Assembly (NCBI GenBank): GCA_038850615.1 | Contig: JAWCLR010000001.1 | Location: 16,637 to 80,636 of the forward strand | DNA length: 64,000 nt | Reading direction: 5' to 3' | From: Candidatus Woesearchaeota archaeon | Lineage (GTDB): Archaea; Nanobdellota; Nanobdellia; Woesearchaeales; ARS49 | In this document: positions 47,724-57,146 of the stretch, in pieces | Numbering within the stretch: position 1 is the first letter of the stretch | Layout of the letters: each line of letters opens with the position of its first letter | Notes under the pieces: model-generated | Told to the model about the DNA's origin: nothing | The model's database searches: none | Seen by the model: the letters and a program-made list of their open reading frames with translations, nothing else | Program-made: the position numbers and the translations under genes

Positions 47724-48424
47724 TTGAGCGCAAGTTCGTTGCGGAAAGAGTAAAGGAATTCCAGATACAGCAATACATAGAACAGACCCTGAAGAATGTC
47801 GGGCACAGCGCGACAAAACTGGTCAGGACGCCTCTTGGCGAGAAAATAATAATCTCAGCCTCGCGCCCGGGGCTTGTGGTTGGCAAGAAAGGCGAGAACA
47901 TCAAGAAGCTTACAAACACAATCAAGAGGCGCTTTAACCTTGAGAACCCTCAGATAGAGATAGCAGAAGTTCCTGAGCCAAACCTTGACGCACAGATTGT
48001 TGCAGAGCGCATTGCTTCAACAATTGAGCGCTTTGGCATCCAGAAATTCAAGGCAATAGGTCACAAGACGATGCAGGATGTTATGAATGCAGGCGCGCTT
48101 GGCATTGAAATAAGAATATCAGGCAAGGTGCCGAGTGCACGTGCAAAATCATGGCGCTTCTACTCCGGCTATCTGAAGAAGTGCGGAAATGTTGCCCTCA
48201 CCCAAATAAGGCGTGCAACAACATATGCAACCCTGCGTGCGGGCACTATAGGAGTGAAAGTCGCAATCATGCCTCCTGGTGTCAAGCTTGTGGACGACAT
48301 AGAAGTGAGGAAGGAATTGCCAGCGCAGGCACCTGAAAAGGAAGAGCCAAAGAAAAAGCAAAGGGCAAGTAAGAAAAAAGCACAAAAGCAGGTTGCTGAG
48401 CCTGCTAAAGAGGGGGCAACATAA
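47720..48424 (+). CDS. rps3: 30S ribosomal protein S3
   Basis: TPLG..RPGLVVG, GALGIEIRISGK. Confidence 0.97.
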   Translation: MIERKFVAERVKEFQIQQYIEQTLKNVGHSATKLVRTPLGEKIIISASRPGLVVGKKGENIKKLTNTIKRRFNLENPQIEIAEVPEPNLDAQIVAERIASTIERFGIQKFKAIGHKTMQDVMNAGALGIEIRISGKVPSARAKSWRFYSGYLKKCGNVALTQIRRATTYATLRAGTIGVKVAIMPPGVKLVDDIEVRKELPAQAPEKEEPKKKQRASKKKAQKQVAEPAKEGAT

Positions 48425-48630
48425 TGAAATTCAAGGAACTCAAGGCATTGCCACCTGCAGAGCTGAAAGAGAAGATGCTCGAGCTCAAAAAAGAGCTTAT
48501 GAAGGAGAACGCACAAGTTGCAATAGGCACGGTTCCGAAAAATCCACGCAAGCTGAGGCTTGCAAAAAAAACAATTGCGAGAATCGAAACGATTCTCGCA
48601 AGCAAACAGGAGGGGACTAAAAAAGTATGA
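48424..48630 (+). CDS. rpl29: 50S ribosomal protein L29
   Basis: NP..LR.AKKTIARI.T; expected position. Confidence 0.95.
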   Translation: MKFKELKALPPAELKEKMLELKKELMKENAQVAIGTVPKNPRKLRLAKKTIARIETILASKQEGTKKV

Positions 48631-48956
48631 CTGTATGCGTGCGCTGTGGCTTGCCGCAAGAACTTTGTGTATGCGAAAGCATTGCGAAGGAAACCCAGAA
48701 GGTAACCATCGCAATCGAGCAGAAAAAGTTCGGCAAGAAATATACAATCATCACAGGGATCAGCGACATTGACCTTGACCAACTCGCCAAGAAGCTTAAG
48801 GCAAAGCTTGCCTGCGGCGGGACAGTCAAGGAAGGGCGCATAGAGCTCCAAGGTGGAGGTGGGGACACCCCCACGGCCGAGCGCGACCATAAGAATAAGG
48901 TCCGAGAACTCCTTATAAACATGGGGTTCGCCCCTGAAGCAATAGTTATCAAGTGA
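48627..48956 (+). CDS. Translation initiation factor SUI1/aIF1 with 10-aa insertion
   Basis: CGLPQELCVC, LACGGTVK, IELQG[GGDTPTAER]DH. Confidence 0.95.
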   Translation: MTVCVRCGLPQELCVCESIAKETQKVTIAIEQKKFGKKYTIITGISDIDLDQLAKKLKAKLACGGTVKEGRIELQGGGGDTPTAERDHKNKVRELLINMGFAPEAIVIK

Positions 48957-48962
48957 GGCAAA

Positions 48963-49343
48963 ATGGTAGAAACCTGCAAGGATAAGCATTGTGCGAAGCA
49001 CGGAAGCATAAGGACGCACGGAAGGACGTTCACTGCGACGGTGCTCTCTGCGCGCGCCCAGAACACAGCAATAGTTGAATGGGAAAGGCGCTATTATGTG
49101 CCCAAGTACGAGCGTTACGAGCGCCGCCGCACAAAAATCAACGCCCACAATCCTGAATGCATTAACGCAAAGCCAGGGGACATTGTACGCATATCAGAAT
49201 GCAGGCCTGTCAGCAAGACGAAGCACTTTGTCATCACCGAAAAGATCGGTGCAGAGCGCCTCTTTGAAGAACGCGCCGCTATGCTGGAGGAGGCAAAGGT
49301 CAAAAAGAAGGAGGTGCCTGAAAAGGCAGAGGAAAAAACATGA
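48963..49343 (+). CDS. rps17: 30S ribosomal protein S17
   Basis: PKYERYE, AHNP, ECRPVSKTK. Confidence 0.97.
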   Translation: MVETCKDKHCAKHGSIRTHGRTFTATVLSARAQNTAIVEWERRYYVPKYERYERRRTKINAHNPECINAKPGDIVRISECRPVSKTKHFVITEKIGAERLFEERAAMLEEAKVKKKEVPEKAEEKT

Positions 49344-49741
49344 AGGACATAAAGGCACATATCGGAAGGCCGTTGCCGCACAACGCGCGCATACAAACAT
49401 GCGACAACTCAGGGGCTAAGATACTCAAGATAATAACTGTCAAGGGCCATAAGACACGAACAGGGAGGTACGAGGCGGCAGGGATAGGCGATGTCATCAT
49501 TGCATCCGTGGTTGAAGGCAAGCCTGAGATGCGCAAGCAGGTGGTGCAAGCAGTGATAGTGCGACAGAAAAAGGAGATCAGGAGGCCTGACGGGACGCGC
49601 GTCAAGTTCGCGGACAATGCCGCTGCTGTACTGAAGGACGAGTTCGGCAACCCAAAAGGTACGATGATTAAGGGTCCTGTCGCAAAGGAGGTTGCGGAGA
49701 GGTGGCCTGCAGTCGCAAAAATAGCCACAACAATAGTGTGA
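49340..49741 (+). CDS. rpl14: 50S ribosomal protein L14
   Basis: DNSGAK, FADNAA, GPVAKE. Confidence 0.97.
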   Translation: MKDIKAHIGRPLPHNARIQTCDNSGAKILKIITVKGHKTRTGRYEAAGIGDVIIASVVEGKPEMRKQVVQAVIVRQKKEIRRPDGTRVKFADNAAAVLKDEFGNPKGTMIKGPVAKEVAERWPAVAKIATTIV

Positions 49742-49745
49742 AAAC

Positions 49746-50120
49746 ATGACAAACTGGAATAAATCATGGAGGGGAAGCGCGCAGGTGCGCAAGCAACGTG
49801 CATATGCCAGAAATGCGCCAGCACACATAAAGGGTGATTTTGTGTCAGCTCACCTACAGAAAGACTTGAGGCAGAAGTACAAACGCCGCTCGCTAAGGCT
49901 GAGGCCTGGCGACAAGGTAAAAGTTGTCAGGGGTGCATTCAGAAAAAAGACAGGAAAAGTGGATCGTATAAATGTGAAAGAGCAAAAAGTGTACATCACA
50001 GGGATTGAGTTTACCAAGCGTGATGGAAGCAAGGTGATGTATCCAATTCACCCGTCAAACATAGTCATACAGGAGCCTGACCTCTCTGACAAAAGGAGGC
50101 TTGGAGGGGCAAAAGCATGA
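49746..50120 (+). CDS. rpl24: 50S ribosomal protein L24
   Basis: RKQR..NAP, GDKVKVVRG, IHPSN. Confidence 0.97.
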   Translation: MTNWNKSWRGSAQVRKQRAYARNAPAHIKGDFVSAHLQKDLRQKYKRRSLRLRPGDKVKVVRGAFRKKTGKVDRINVKEQKVYITGIEFTKRDGSKVMYPIHPSNIVIQEPDLSDKRRLGGAKA

Positions 50121-50809
50121 GCAGACACTTGAAACGCATTAACGCACCGAAAAGCTGGATAATTCTTCGCAAGACAACGAAATACATCACAAAGCCAATG
50201 CCCGGCGCCCACAAGATTACAGAAAGTATGCCGATGTCGCTCGTTCTGAGAAAACTGGGTCACGCGGCGACCGCTGCTGAAGCGAAAAAAATCCTGAATA
50301 GGCACCAAATACTAGTTGACGGAAAGAGGGTCAGGAGTCTCAAGTCGCAGCTTGGAATCATGGATAGTGTTGCGTTGCCTGAAACAAACGAGTATTATCG
50401 GATTGTCTTTGACAAAAAAGGCAGGCTGCACATGGTGCCCATCCCGAAGGACGAGACTGGTTTGAAGCTCTGCAAGGTTGTCAACAAAACAACGGTGAAA
50501 GGGGGAAAGACACAGTTCAACCTCAGTGACGGCCGCAACATAATTGCTGACAAGAACGCTGCAAAGACAGGTGATACCTTCTTAATCCAAGTGCCTGGAC
50601 AGAAGATACAGCAGCACATTGCCCTTGAAAACGGCGCCCTCATCTACTTGCTAGGAGGCAAGCACATCGGCACCTTCGGAGTGCTTGAAAAGGTGGAGGG
50701 TGATGAAATAACATTCGTAACAGACGGCAAATCAATTGCTACCGCAAAAAAATATGCTCTCGCAGTAGGCAAGGGTAAGCCTGTGCTTACGCTAGCAAAG
50801 ACAGAATGA
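50117..50809 (+). CDS. rps4e: 30S ribosomal protein S4e
   Basis: HLKRINAP.SW, VDGK, GGKHIG. Confidence 0.97.
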   Translation: MSRHLKRINAPKSWIILRKTTKYITKPMPGAHKITESMPMSLVLRKLGHAATAAEAKKILNRHQILVDGKRVRSLKSQLGIMDSVALPETNEYYRIVFDKKGRLHMVPIPKDETGLKLCKVVNKTTVKGGKTQFNLSDGRNIIADKNAAKTGDTFLIQVPGQKIQQHIALENGALIYLLGGKHIGTFGVLEKVEGDEITFVTDGKSIATAKKYALAVGKGKPVLTLAKTE

Positions 50810-51324
50810 CAAACATAATGAGGCAACCGCGGATAGAGAAAATCACCTTGAATATCGGGGCGGGAAAAGACACTCAGAAGCTTGAAAGGGGAATCTCGCT
50901 CATCAAGGCAATTACAGGGATTGAGCCTGTCAAAACAGTAACCCACAAGCGGATACCGAATTGGGGCCTGCGCCCTGGGCTTCCGATAGGATGCAAGCTG
51001 ACTCTCAGAAAACAGCCTGCAATCGAGTTGCTCAAGCGCCTCCTGCACGCAAAGGACTTCAGGCTCAAGCCAACCCAGTTTGATGAGAGTGGCAATGTCT
51101 CGTTTGGAATACCGGAATACATAGACATCCCCGGCGTTGCGTACGACCCGAAGATAGGAATAATGGGGCTTGAGGTCTGCGTAACACTGGAACGCCCTGG
51201 CTACCGCATCAAGCGCAGGCGACTGAAAAAAGGGAAAATACCCCGCAGGCATATGATCAGCCGCGAGGAAGCGATGGATTTTATGCGGAAGAACTTCAAT
51301 GTCAAGGTAGGTGAAGCTGAATGA
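50806..51324 (+). CDS. rpl5: 50S ribosomal protein L5
   Basis: [28 protein letters not shown]. Confidence 0.97.
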   Translation: MTNIMRQPRIEKITLNIGAGKDTQKLERGISLIKAITGIEPVKTVTHKRIPNWGLRPGLPIGCKLTLRKQPAIELLKRLLHAKDFRLKPTQFDESGNVSFGIPEYIDIPGVAYDPKIGIMGLEVCVTLERPGYRIKRRRLKKGKIPRRHMISREEAMDFMRKNFNVKVGEAE

Positions 51325-51554
51325 CTATCAAAGACTGGCGCAAGGCATTTGTCCAGCTTAAGGCAAAGCCCGCCAAGATGAAAAAATACATGAAGCACAA
51401 CGCCCCAAAGAAGCGCAGCACAGGAATGACTGTTTCAGCCCGTTGCGAGAACTGCGGACGCTTTGGCGGCCACATCAGTAAGTACGGCCTGCATCTTTGC
51501 AGGCATTGTTTCCGCGAGATTGCGGTAAAGATAGGATTCAAAAAATACACTTGA
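51321..51554 (+). CDS. rps14: 30S ribosomal protein S14 with N-terminal extension
   Basis: [20 protein letters not shown]. Confidence 0.96.
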   Translation: MTIKDWRKAFVQLKAKPAKMKKYMKHNAPKKRSTGMTVSARCENCGRFGGHISKYGLHLCRHCFREIAVKIGFKKYT

Positions 51555-51564
51555 GGAAAAAAAA

Positions 51565-51954
51565 ATGCTCAACGACCCACTGGCAAATGCATTGTCCGGA
51601 ATACTGAACTACGACAAGGCAGGCAAAAAACAGTACCTTGTCCATCCAGCACCGAGAATTACTAGGAACGTCCTTGCAATACTTAATGCGCAGGGTTACA
51701 TTGGCTCTGCAGAAGACGTGACAAGTGCGAGAGGGGGCGTTATCAGGGTGAACCTGCTCGGCAACATAAACAAATGTGGTGTAATAAAACCAAGATTTGC
51801 CGTGAAAATGAACGATTATGAAAAGTTTGAGAAGAGGTTCCTGCCGGCAAAGGGCGTCGGCGTGCTCATCATTTCAACAATCAAGGGGCTGATGACCCAC
51901 GAAGAGGCAAAAGCCCAAAACCTGGGAGGAAGGCTAATTGCCTACTGTTACTGA
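51565..51954 (+). CDS. rps8: 30S ribosomal protein S8
   Basis: DPLANAL, INKCGVIKPR, GGRLIAY. Confidence 0.97.
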   Translation: MLNDPLANALSGILNYDKAGKKQYLVHPAPRITRNVLAILNAQGYIGSAEDVTSARGGVIRVNLLGNINKCGVIKPRFAVKMNDYEKFEKRFLPAKGVGVLIISTIKGLMTHEEAKAQNLGGRLIAYCY

Positions 51955-51956
51955 CT

Positions 51957-52505
51957 ATGAAAACAAACTTTGAAGAAGTGATGGATGTGCCCCAAGGCGT
52001 TACTGTGACAGTCGACCACGGCAATGTCCTTGTCAAGGGTCCTAAGGGCGAGGTGGCCAGAAAGATGTATGCGCCAGGCGTTTCAATAACTGCAGAAGGC
52101 CCAAGGGTTGTGTTCAAGGCAAAGAAAGCCACAAAACGCGAAAAGAAAATGCTTTACACATTCTACGCACACTTGCGCAACATGGTACAAGGGGTCCAGA
52201 AACCGTGGGTGTACAAGCTCAAGATATGTGCAGGACACTTCCCAATGACAGCAACAGTTAGTGGCGGAAAGTTCTCACTTAAGAATTTCCTTGGCGAAAA
52301 AACACCAAGGGAGTGCGCAATCCCGCAAGGTGTTGATGTAAAAATCGCTGGCCAGGAAATAACAGTAACTGCCGTTGACCGCGAACTTGCAGGGCAGACG
52401 GCAGGACTGCTTGAGTTGCTCACATTCAAGCCGAAAAAGGACCAAAGGGTCTTTCAGGACGGAATTTACATCACTGAAAAACCGGATAAGGAAATCACAC
52501 AATGA
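51957..52505 (+). CDS. rpl6: 50S ribosomal protein L6
   Basis: HFPM, NFLGEK, RVFQDGIYI. Confidence 0.97.
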   Translation: MKTNFEEVMDVPQGVTVTVDHGNVLVKGPKGEVARKMYAPGVSITAEGPRVVFKAKKATKREKKMLYTFYAHLRNMVQGVQKPWVYKLKICAGHFPMTATVSGGKFSLKNFLGEKTPRECAIPQGVDVKIAGQEITVTAVDRELAGQTAGLLELLTFKPKKDQRVFQDGIYITEKPDKEITQ

Positions 52506-53071
52506 CAAGGGAAAAAATGCTCAAGCTCAGGAAGCAGTTGAAGGCAAAGAAGCCAGACTTCATTAGGGAGGACTATCAAAAGCGCGCATGCATCCCAATG
52601 CCCTGGCGCAGGCCTAGGGGACTGCACAGCAAGATGCGCCACCGCTTTGCAGGCCACCGCGCGCTTGTTGACCCCTCCTACGGAAGCCCAAGGGAAGCTT
52701 ATGGCCTCCACCCCTCGGGTTACGAGCCGATTCTTGTTCATACCCTCAATGAGCTTTCGAAACTTGATGCCAAAACTCAAGGCGCAGTACTCGGCAGCAC
52801 CCTTGGCCTGCCAAAGCGCATCGCAATACTCACAAAGGCAAAGGAGCTTGGAGTCAGGGTCCTGAACGTCAAGAATATTGATGCAGAACTCAAGAAAATC
52901 CAGGATAGCATCACCGCCCGCAGGGAAGCCAAACAAAAGGCAGCAAAAGAAGCCAAAGCAAAAGAAAATGCAAAGAAGACAGAACTTGCGGAAAAAGTGA
53001 TGAGTGAGGAGGAGCAGAAGAAAAAGGCAAAGGAGGAAAAGGACAAGGTCCTTACTGCTAGGCAAATATGA
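52502..53071 (+). CDS. rpl32e: 50S ribosomal protein L32e with Lys/Glu-rich C-terminal extension
   Basis: KPDF.R, WRRPRG..SK, GLHPSG. Confidence 0.96.
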   Translation: MTREKMLKLRKQLKAKKPDFIREDYQKRACIPMPWRRPRGLHSKMRHRFAGHRALVDPSYGSPREAYGLHPSGYEPILVHTLNELSKLDAKTQGAVLGSTLGLPKRIAILTKAKELGVRVLNVKNIDAELKKIQDSITARREAKQKAAKEAKAKENAKKTELAEKVMSEEEQKKKAKEEKDKVLTARQI

Positions 53072-53514
53072 AACTCCAAAAAAGACTTGCGGCGCAAATA
53101 CTGAACTGTTCACCACACAGGATTGTTTTCAACCCTGAAAAGCTTGGAGAAATCAAGGAGGCAATCACGAAGTTTGACATCCGCAGGTTGATTGACAAGG
53201 GAATCATTACTAGGTTGCCTGTCCAAGGAATATCAAAGTTCCGCACAAGGAAAGCAAAGGTGCAGATGCGGCGCAACCGCAGGAAGGGTCCTGGCTCGAG
53301 AAAAGGCTCGGCAAATGCGCGTGCAGACAGCAAACTGCAATGGATGCGACTTATCCGAGCGCAGCGAGACCTCCTTAAGCGCTTGAGGGACCATAAACTG
53401 ATCACTCAACAAACATTCAACGTGATGTACGCAAAGGCAAAAGGCGGCTTCTTCAGGAGCACACACCACATAAAGTTGTTCCTGAAGGAGCAGGAGCTAT
53501 TCATCAAGAAGTGA
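53068..53514 (+). CDS. rpl19e: 50S ribosomal protein L19e
   Basis: QKRLAA, GPGSRKG, AKGGFF. Confidence 0.97.
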   Translation: MKLQKRLAAQILNCSPHRIVFNPEKLGEIKEAITKFDIRRLIDKGIITRLPVQGISKFRTRKAKVQMRRNRRKGPGSRKGSANARADSKLQWMRLIRAQRDLLKRLRDHKLITQQTFNVMYAKAKGGFFRSTHHIKLFLKEQELFIKK

Positions 53515-53518
53515 GACA

Positions 53519-54091
53519 ATGAAAGCGTCACCAACATACTCGGTTCCATACCGCAGGAAGCGGAAGGGCATGACAGACTACAAGACGCGCATAAAGCTGC
53601 TCCAGAGCGGCGAAAGGCGCCTTGTCATCAGGCGCTCGCTCAAAAACATCTGGCTCCAAGTAGTTGAGTATAATCCAGGAGGGGACAAAGTGGTTGTTTC
53701 AGCCCACTCGCACGAAATCCGTAAACTCGGATGGAAAGGCGGGCTTAACAACCTTCCTGCAGCATACCTCTGTGGCCTGTTGCTGGGCAAAAAGGCAAAA
53801 AATATCAAGAATGTTGTGCTTGACATTGGTCCCAGCATTTCAGTCAAGGGTGCGGTGTGGTACGCAGCCCTGAAGGGAGTCCTTGATGCTGGAATTAGCA
53901 TTCCGTACGCAAAGGAGATACTGCCTGATGAAAAGCGCATAAAAGGCGAGCACATAGCTGAGTGGGCGAAGAAGCTCAAGGATCAACCGGAAAAATACAA
54001 TCGTATGTTCAGCAGATACATAAAGGCGAGCCTGCAGCCTGAGAATTTGCCGGCCCATTTTGAAGAAATCAAGAGGAAAGTGCAAGCATGA
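53519..54091 (+). CDS. rpl18: 50S ribosomal protein L18
   Basis: TDY..R, NLPAAYL.G. Confidence 0.97.
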   Translation: MKASPTYSVPYRRKRKGMTDYKTRIKLLQSGERRLVIRRSLKNIWLQVVEYNPGGDKVVVSAHSHEIRKLGWKGGLNNLPAAYLCGLLLGKKAKNIKNVVLDIGPSISVKGAVWYAALKGVLDAGISIPYAKEILPDEKRIKGEHIAEWAKKLKDQPEKYNRMFSRYIKASLQPENLPAHFEEIKRKVQA

Positions 54092-54945
54092 GTCCGAAAA
54101 AACCAGTTGAGGAAAAGAATTCAGAGGCGCAGAAGGAAAAGGAAATCATTCCTGTGGTTGTCGAGGAAGAAAAGCTCGAAGTAGAAAAGGACATCATCAC
54201 AGAAATCCCTGAGGAGGAAGCAATTGAGGTCCCTAAGGAGATTGTTGACATTGCAGCCTGGCAGCCAAAGACAAGTCTGGGCAAGAAGGTAAAGTCAGGC
54301 GAGATAACGGACATTGACCAAATACTTGACAAGGGACTTAAGATACTTGAGCCGACAATCGTGGAAGTGCTTCTTCCAAACATGCAGAATGATTTGCTGA
54401 TGGTTGGACAGGCAAAGGGAAAGTTCGGAGGCGGGCAGAGCAGGGTGTTCAGGCAGACCCAGAAGAAAACTCCAGAGGGAAATAAGCCAAGCTTTTCATG
54501 CGTTGCAATTGTTGGTAATGGCAACGGTTACGTTGGGGTTGGTTATGGAAAATCAAAAGACACTGTTCCTGCCAGGGAGAAGGCATTACGCAAGGCAAAA
54601 CTGAACATTTTCAAGATTGCTCGTGGTTGCGGTTCCTGGCAATGTGGATGCAAGACCCCACACAGCATTCCTTTTGCTGTCGAGGGTAAGTGCGGTTCAA
54701 TCAGGATAAAACTGATGCCTGCGCCAAAAGGAAAAGGGCTCTGTATGGAACAGGAAACAGCAAAAATACTCCGGCTTGCTGGAATAAAGGATGTGTGGAG
54801 CAAAACAGACGGTAACATACGCTCAACAACTAACCTGATTGCGGCGGTTGTTGACGCTCTCAAGAAGCTCAATTCCACAAAGATAAGACAAGATCACGCT
54901 GAGCGCGTTGCAAAAACAGCTGGGAAGGTGGTTACAGAGGCGTAA
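54088..54945 (+). CDS. rps5: 30S ribosomal protein S5 with acidic N-terminal extension
   Basis: WQPKT.LG, RGCGSW.C, PAPKG. Confidence 0.97.
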   Translation: MSPKKPVEEKNSEAQKEKEIIPVVVEEEKLEVEKDIITEIPEEEAIEVPKEIVDIAAWQPKTSLGKKVKSGEITDIDQILDKGLKILEPTIVEVLLPNMQNDLLMVGQAKGKFGGGQSRVFRQTQKKTPEGNKPSFSCVAIVGNGNGYVGVGYGKSKDTVPAREKALRKAKLNIFKIARGCGSWQCGCKTPHSIPFAVEGKCGSIRIKLMPAPKGKGLCMEQETAKILRLAGIKDVWSKTDGNIRSTTNLIAAVVDALKKLNSTKIRQDHAERVAKTAGKVVTEA

Positions 54946-54947
54946 AA

Positions 54948-55301
54948 ATGGCAAAGCTCGCAGTTGTAAGGGTTCGCGGACAGGTAAGAGTGCACAAAGG
55001 GATAGCGCGCGCTCTTGAACAGCTGAATCTACGCAAGCGCCACCACGCAACAATCGTTGAAGAAAGCCCTGCAGTGATTGGGCAGCTCAAAAAAGTGCAG
55101 TCCTATGTAACATGGGGTCCTGTAAGTGAGGAGGTTGCAAAAAAGCTTGCAACAAGAGGAAGGGGCAACGGAAGGTGGTTCGCTCTCCACCCTCCATGCA
55201 AGGGATATGGCAGAAAGGGCATAAAGATGCCCTTCAGCAAAGGCGGTGCATTAGGCAACCGCGGGGAAAAAATAAACTATATGCTGTTGAGGATGATTTA
55301 A
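54948..55301 (+). CDS. rpl30: 50S ribosomal protein L30
   Basis: AVVRVRG, YVTWG, LHPP.KG. Confidence 0.96.
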   Translation: MAKLAVVRVRGQVRVHKGIARALEQLNLRKRHHATIVEESPAVIGQLKKVQSYVTWGPVSEEVAKKLATRGRGNGRWFALHPPCKGYGRKGIKMPFSKGGALGNRGEKINYMLLRMI

Positions 55302-55302
55302 G

Positions 55303-55752
55303 ATGACTGTCAAACGGAAGAAAAAGATAACAAAATACCGTGGAACAAGGACGTGCGGGTGGGGGCTTGTGCACCGCGGCTCTGGCCAGAAGGGTGGTGC
55401 AGGAAACGCTGGCTCTGGCAAGAAGGCGGCATCAAAAGTGCCAAGGCGCGGGCTCTGGGCAAAGCAATTGATGGGCAAGCGTGGATTCGTACACCAGGGG
55501 CCAAAAGTGAAGGATGTTGTGATTAATCTCCGCGACCTTGAAGACAGGCTTCCCTCGCTACTTTCGCAAAAAGTTGCGGCAGAATCGGAAGGCATGGTTA
55601 TCATTGATGTTTCAAAGATTGGGTGCACAAAGGTTTTGGGTTCAGGCAAAGTCAGGAGGAAATGGAAAATAACAGCGCAAAGGGCTGCGCCTGATGCTGT
55701 TGAGAAGGTCAAGGCGGCAGGTGGAGAACTGCTCGCTACAAGGGCTGAATAA
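55303..55752 (+). CDS. rpl15: 50S ribosomal protein L15
   Basis: RG.RTCG.G, GGAGNAG, KVLGSG. Confidence 0.97.
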   Translation: MTVKRKKKITKYRGTRTCGWGLVHRGSGQKGGAGNAGSGKKAASKVPRRGLWAKQLMGKRGFVHQGPKVKDVVINLRDLEDRLPSLLSQKVAAESEGMVIIDVSKIGCTKVLGSGKVRRKWKITAQRAAPDAVEKVKAAGGELLATRAE

Positions 55753-55754
55753 AA

Positions 55755-57146
55755 ATGTCCTGGTACAAGGAAATACTCTACAACCTTCCTGAAGTTGCTC
55801 CTCCAACCCAGCGCAAGCTCAGCTTCAAGGAAAGGATGAAGTGGACTATTGTTGTCCTTGTCCTGTTTTTTATCCTTGGACTCATTCCCCTCTTTGGGCT
55901 TGGCCAGAATGCTTTGCAACAGTTTCAGATTCTTTCAATCATCCTGGGAGCCTCATTCGGCTCAATCATAAGTCTCGGAATAGGCCCGATAGTAACTGCG
56001 AGCATAGTCCTGCAATTGCTTAACGGCTCGGGCTTGGTGAAGTTTGACCTTACAACGCATGATGGAAAAAGGAATTTTCAGGGAGTTCAGAAATTACTCA
56101 GCATATTTTTCATCCTGTTTGAGGGCGCCATTTACGTTTTCATGGGCGGGCTTGCGCCTCCAGAACAGCTTGTGGGAACAGGCTCTTATTTCACGCTTCA
56201 GCTTTTGCTTGTCTTTCAACTTTTTCTTGGCGGGCTGATGATAATGTTTATGGACGAGGTTGTCAGCAAGTGGGGATTTGGTTCTGGAATCTCGTTGTTT
56301 ATTGCTGCTGGTGTTTCCCAGAGCATTTTCATAAGGGCATTGTCGCCTTTGCCGTCGCCAAACAACCCTGAAATAATGACTGGTGCAATTCCTGCATTAT
56401 TCCAGAGCCTTGCGAGGGGCGACCCACAGACCGCAATTCTTATGCTTTCAACAGTTTTGTCAACAGTCATTATTTTTGTGATTGCTGTTTATGCCCAAAG
56501 CATGAAGGTTGAGATTCCGCTTTCATTTGGAAGGATTCGGGGGCATGGAATCCGCTGGCCTTTGAGCTTTGTTTACACTTCAAACATCCCTGTCATCCTT
56601 ATTTCCGCGCTTATTGCAAATATTCAGCTTTGGGCCCACCTGCTTCAGCGGTGGGGGCATCCTTGGCTTGGCACTTTTGTTGGGAACACGCCTGCTACGG
56701 GTTTTGTTTCGTGGATTCATTCTCCTGATGTTGTTGGAAAGCTCATTAGGGGTTCTTTGACAATGTCTGACATTTGGCATTCCGCAGTTTATCTGGTCTT
56801 TCTTATTGGCGGTGCCGTTGTGTTTTCGTGGTTCTGGGTGCAGACTTCTGGAATGGATGCAAGGAGCCAGGCAAAACAGATAATGAGGTCTGGCTTGCAG
56901 ATTCCGGGCTTCAGGAAGGACGAGCGTGTTCTTGAGCGCCTGCTTGACCGCTATATCCTGCCCCTCACTGTAATGGGCGCGATCGTGGTTGGCGTTCTTG
57001 CGGGTCTTGCTGACATTTCAGGCGCTTTGACAAACGGCACTGGGCTTTTGCTTACTGTCATGATTATTTACAGGCTTTATGAGGACATCGCAAGGCAGCA
57101 CTTGATGGATATGAATCCGATGATGAGAAAGTTTATGGGTGGCTAA
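55755..57146 (+). CDS. secY: Preprotein translocase subunit SecY
   Basis: LGIGPIVTASI, KWGFGSGISLFI, YTSNIP, IPGFR. Confidence 0.98.
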   Translation: MSWYKEILYNLPEVAPPTQRKLSFKERMKWTIVVLVLFFILGLIPLFGLGQNALQQFQILSIILGASFGSIISLGIGPIVTASIVLQLLNGSGLVKFDLTTHDGKRNFQGVQKLLSIFFILFEGAIYVFMGGLAPPEQLVGTGSYFTLQLLLVFQLFLGGLMIMFMDEVVSKWGFGSGISLFIAAGVSQSIFIRALSPLPSPNNPEIMTGAIPALFQSLARGDPQTAILMLSTVLSTVIIFVIAVYAQSMKVEIPLSFGRIRGHGIRWPLSFVYTSNIPVILISALIANIQLWAHLLQRWGHPWLGTFVGNTPATGFVSWIHSPDVVGKLIRGSLTMSDIWHSAVYLVFLIGGAVVFSWFWVQTSGMDARSQAKQIMRSGLQIPGFRKDERVLERLLDRYILPLTVMGAIVVGVLAGLADISGALTNGTGLLLTVMIIYRLYEDIARQHLMDMNPMMRKFMGG

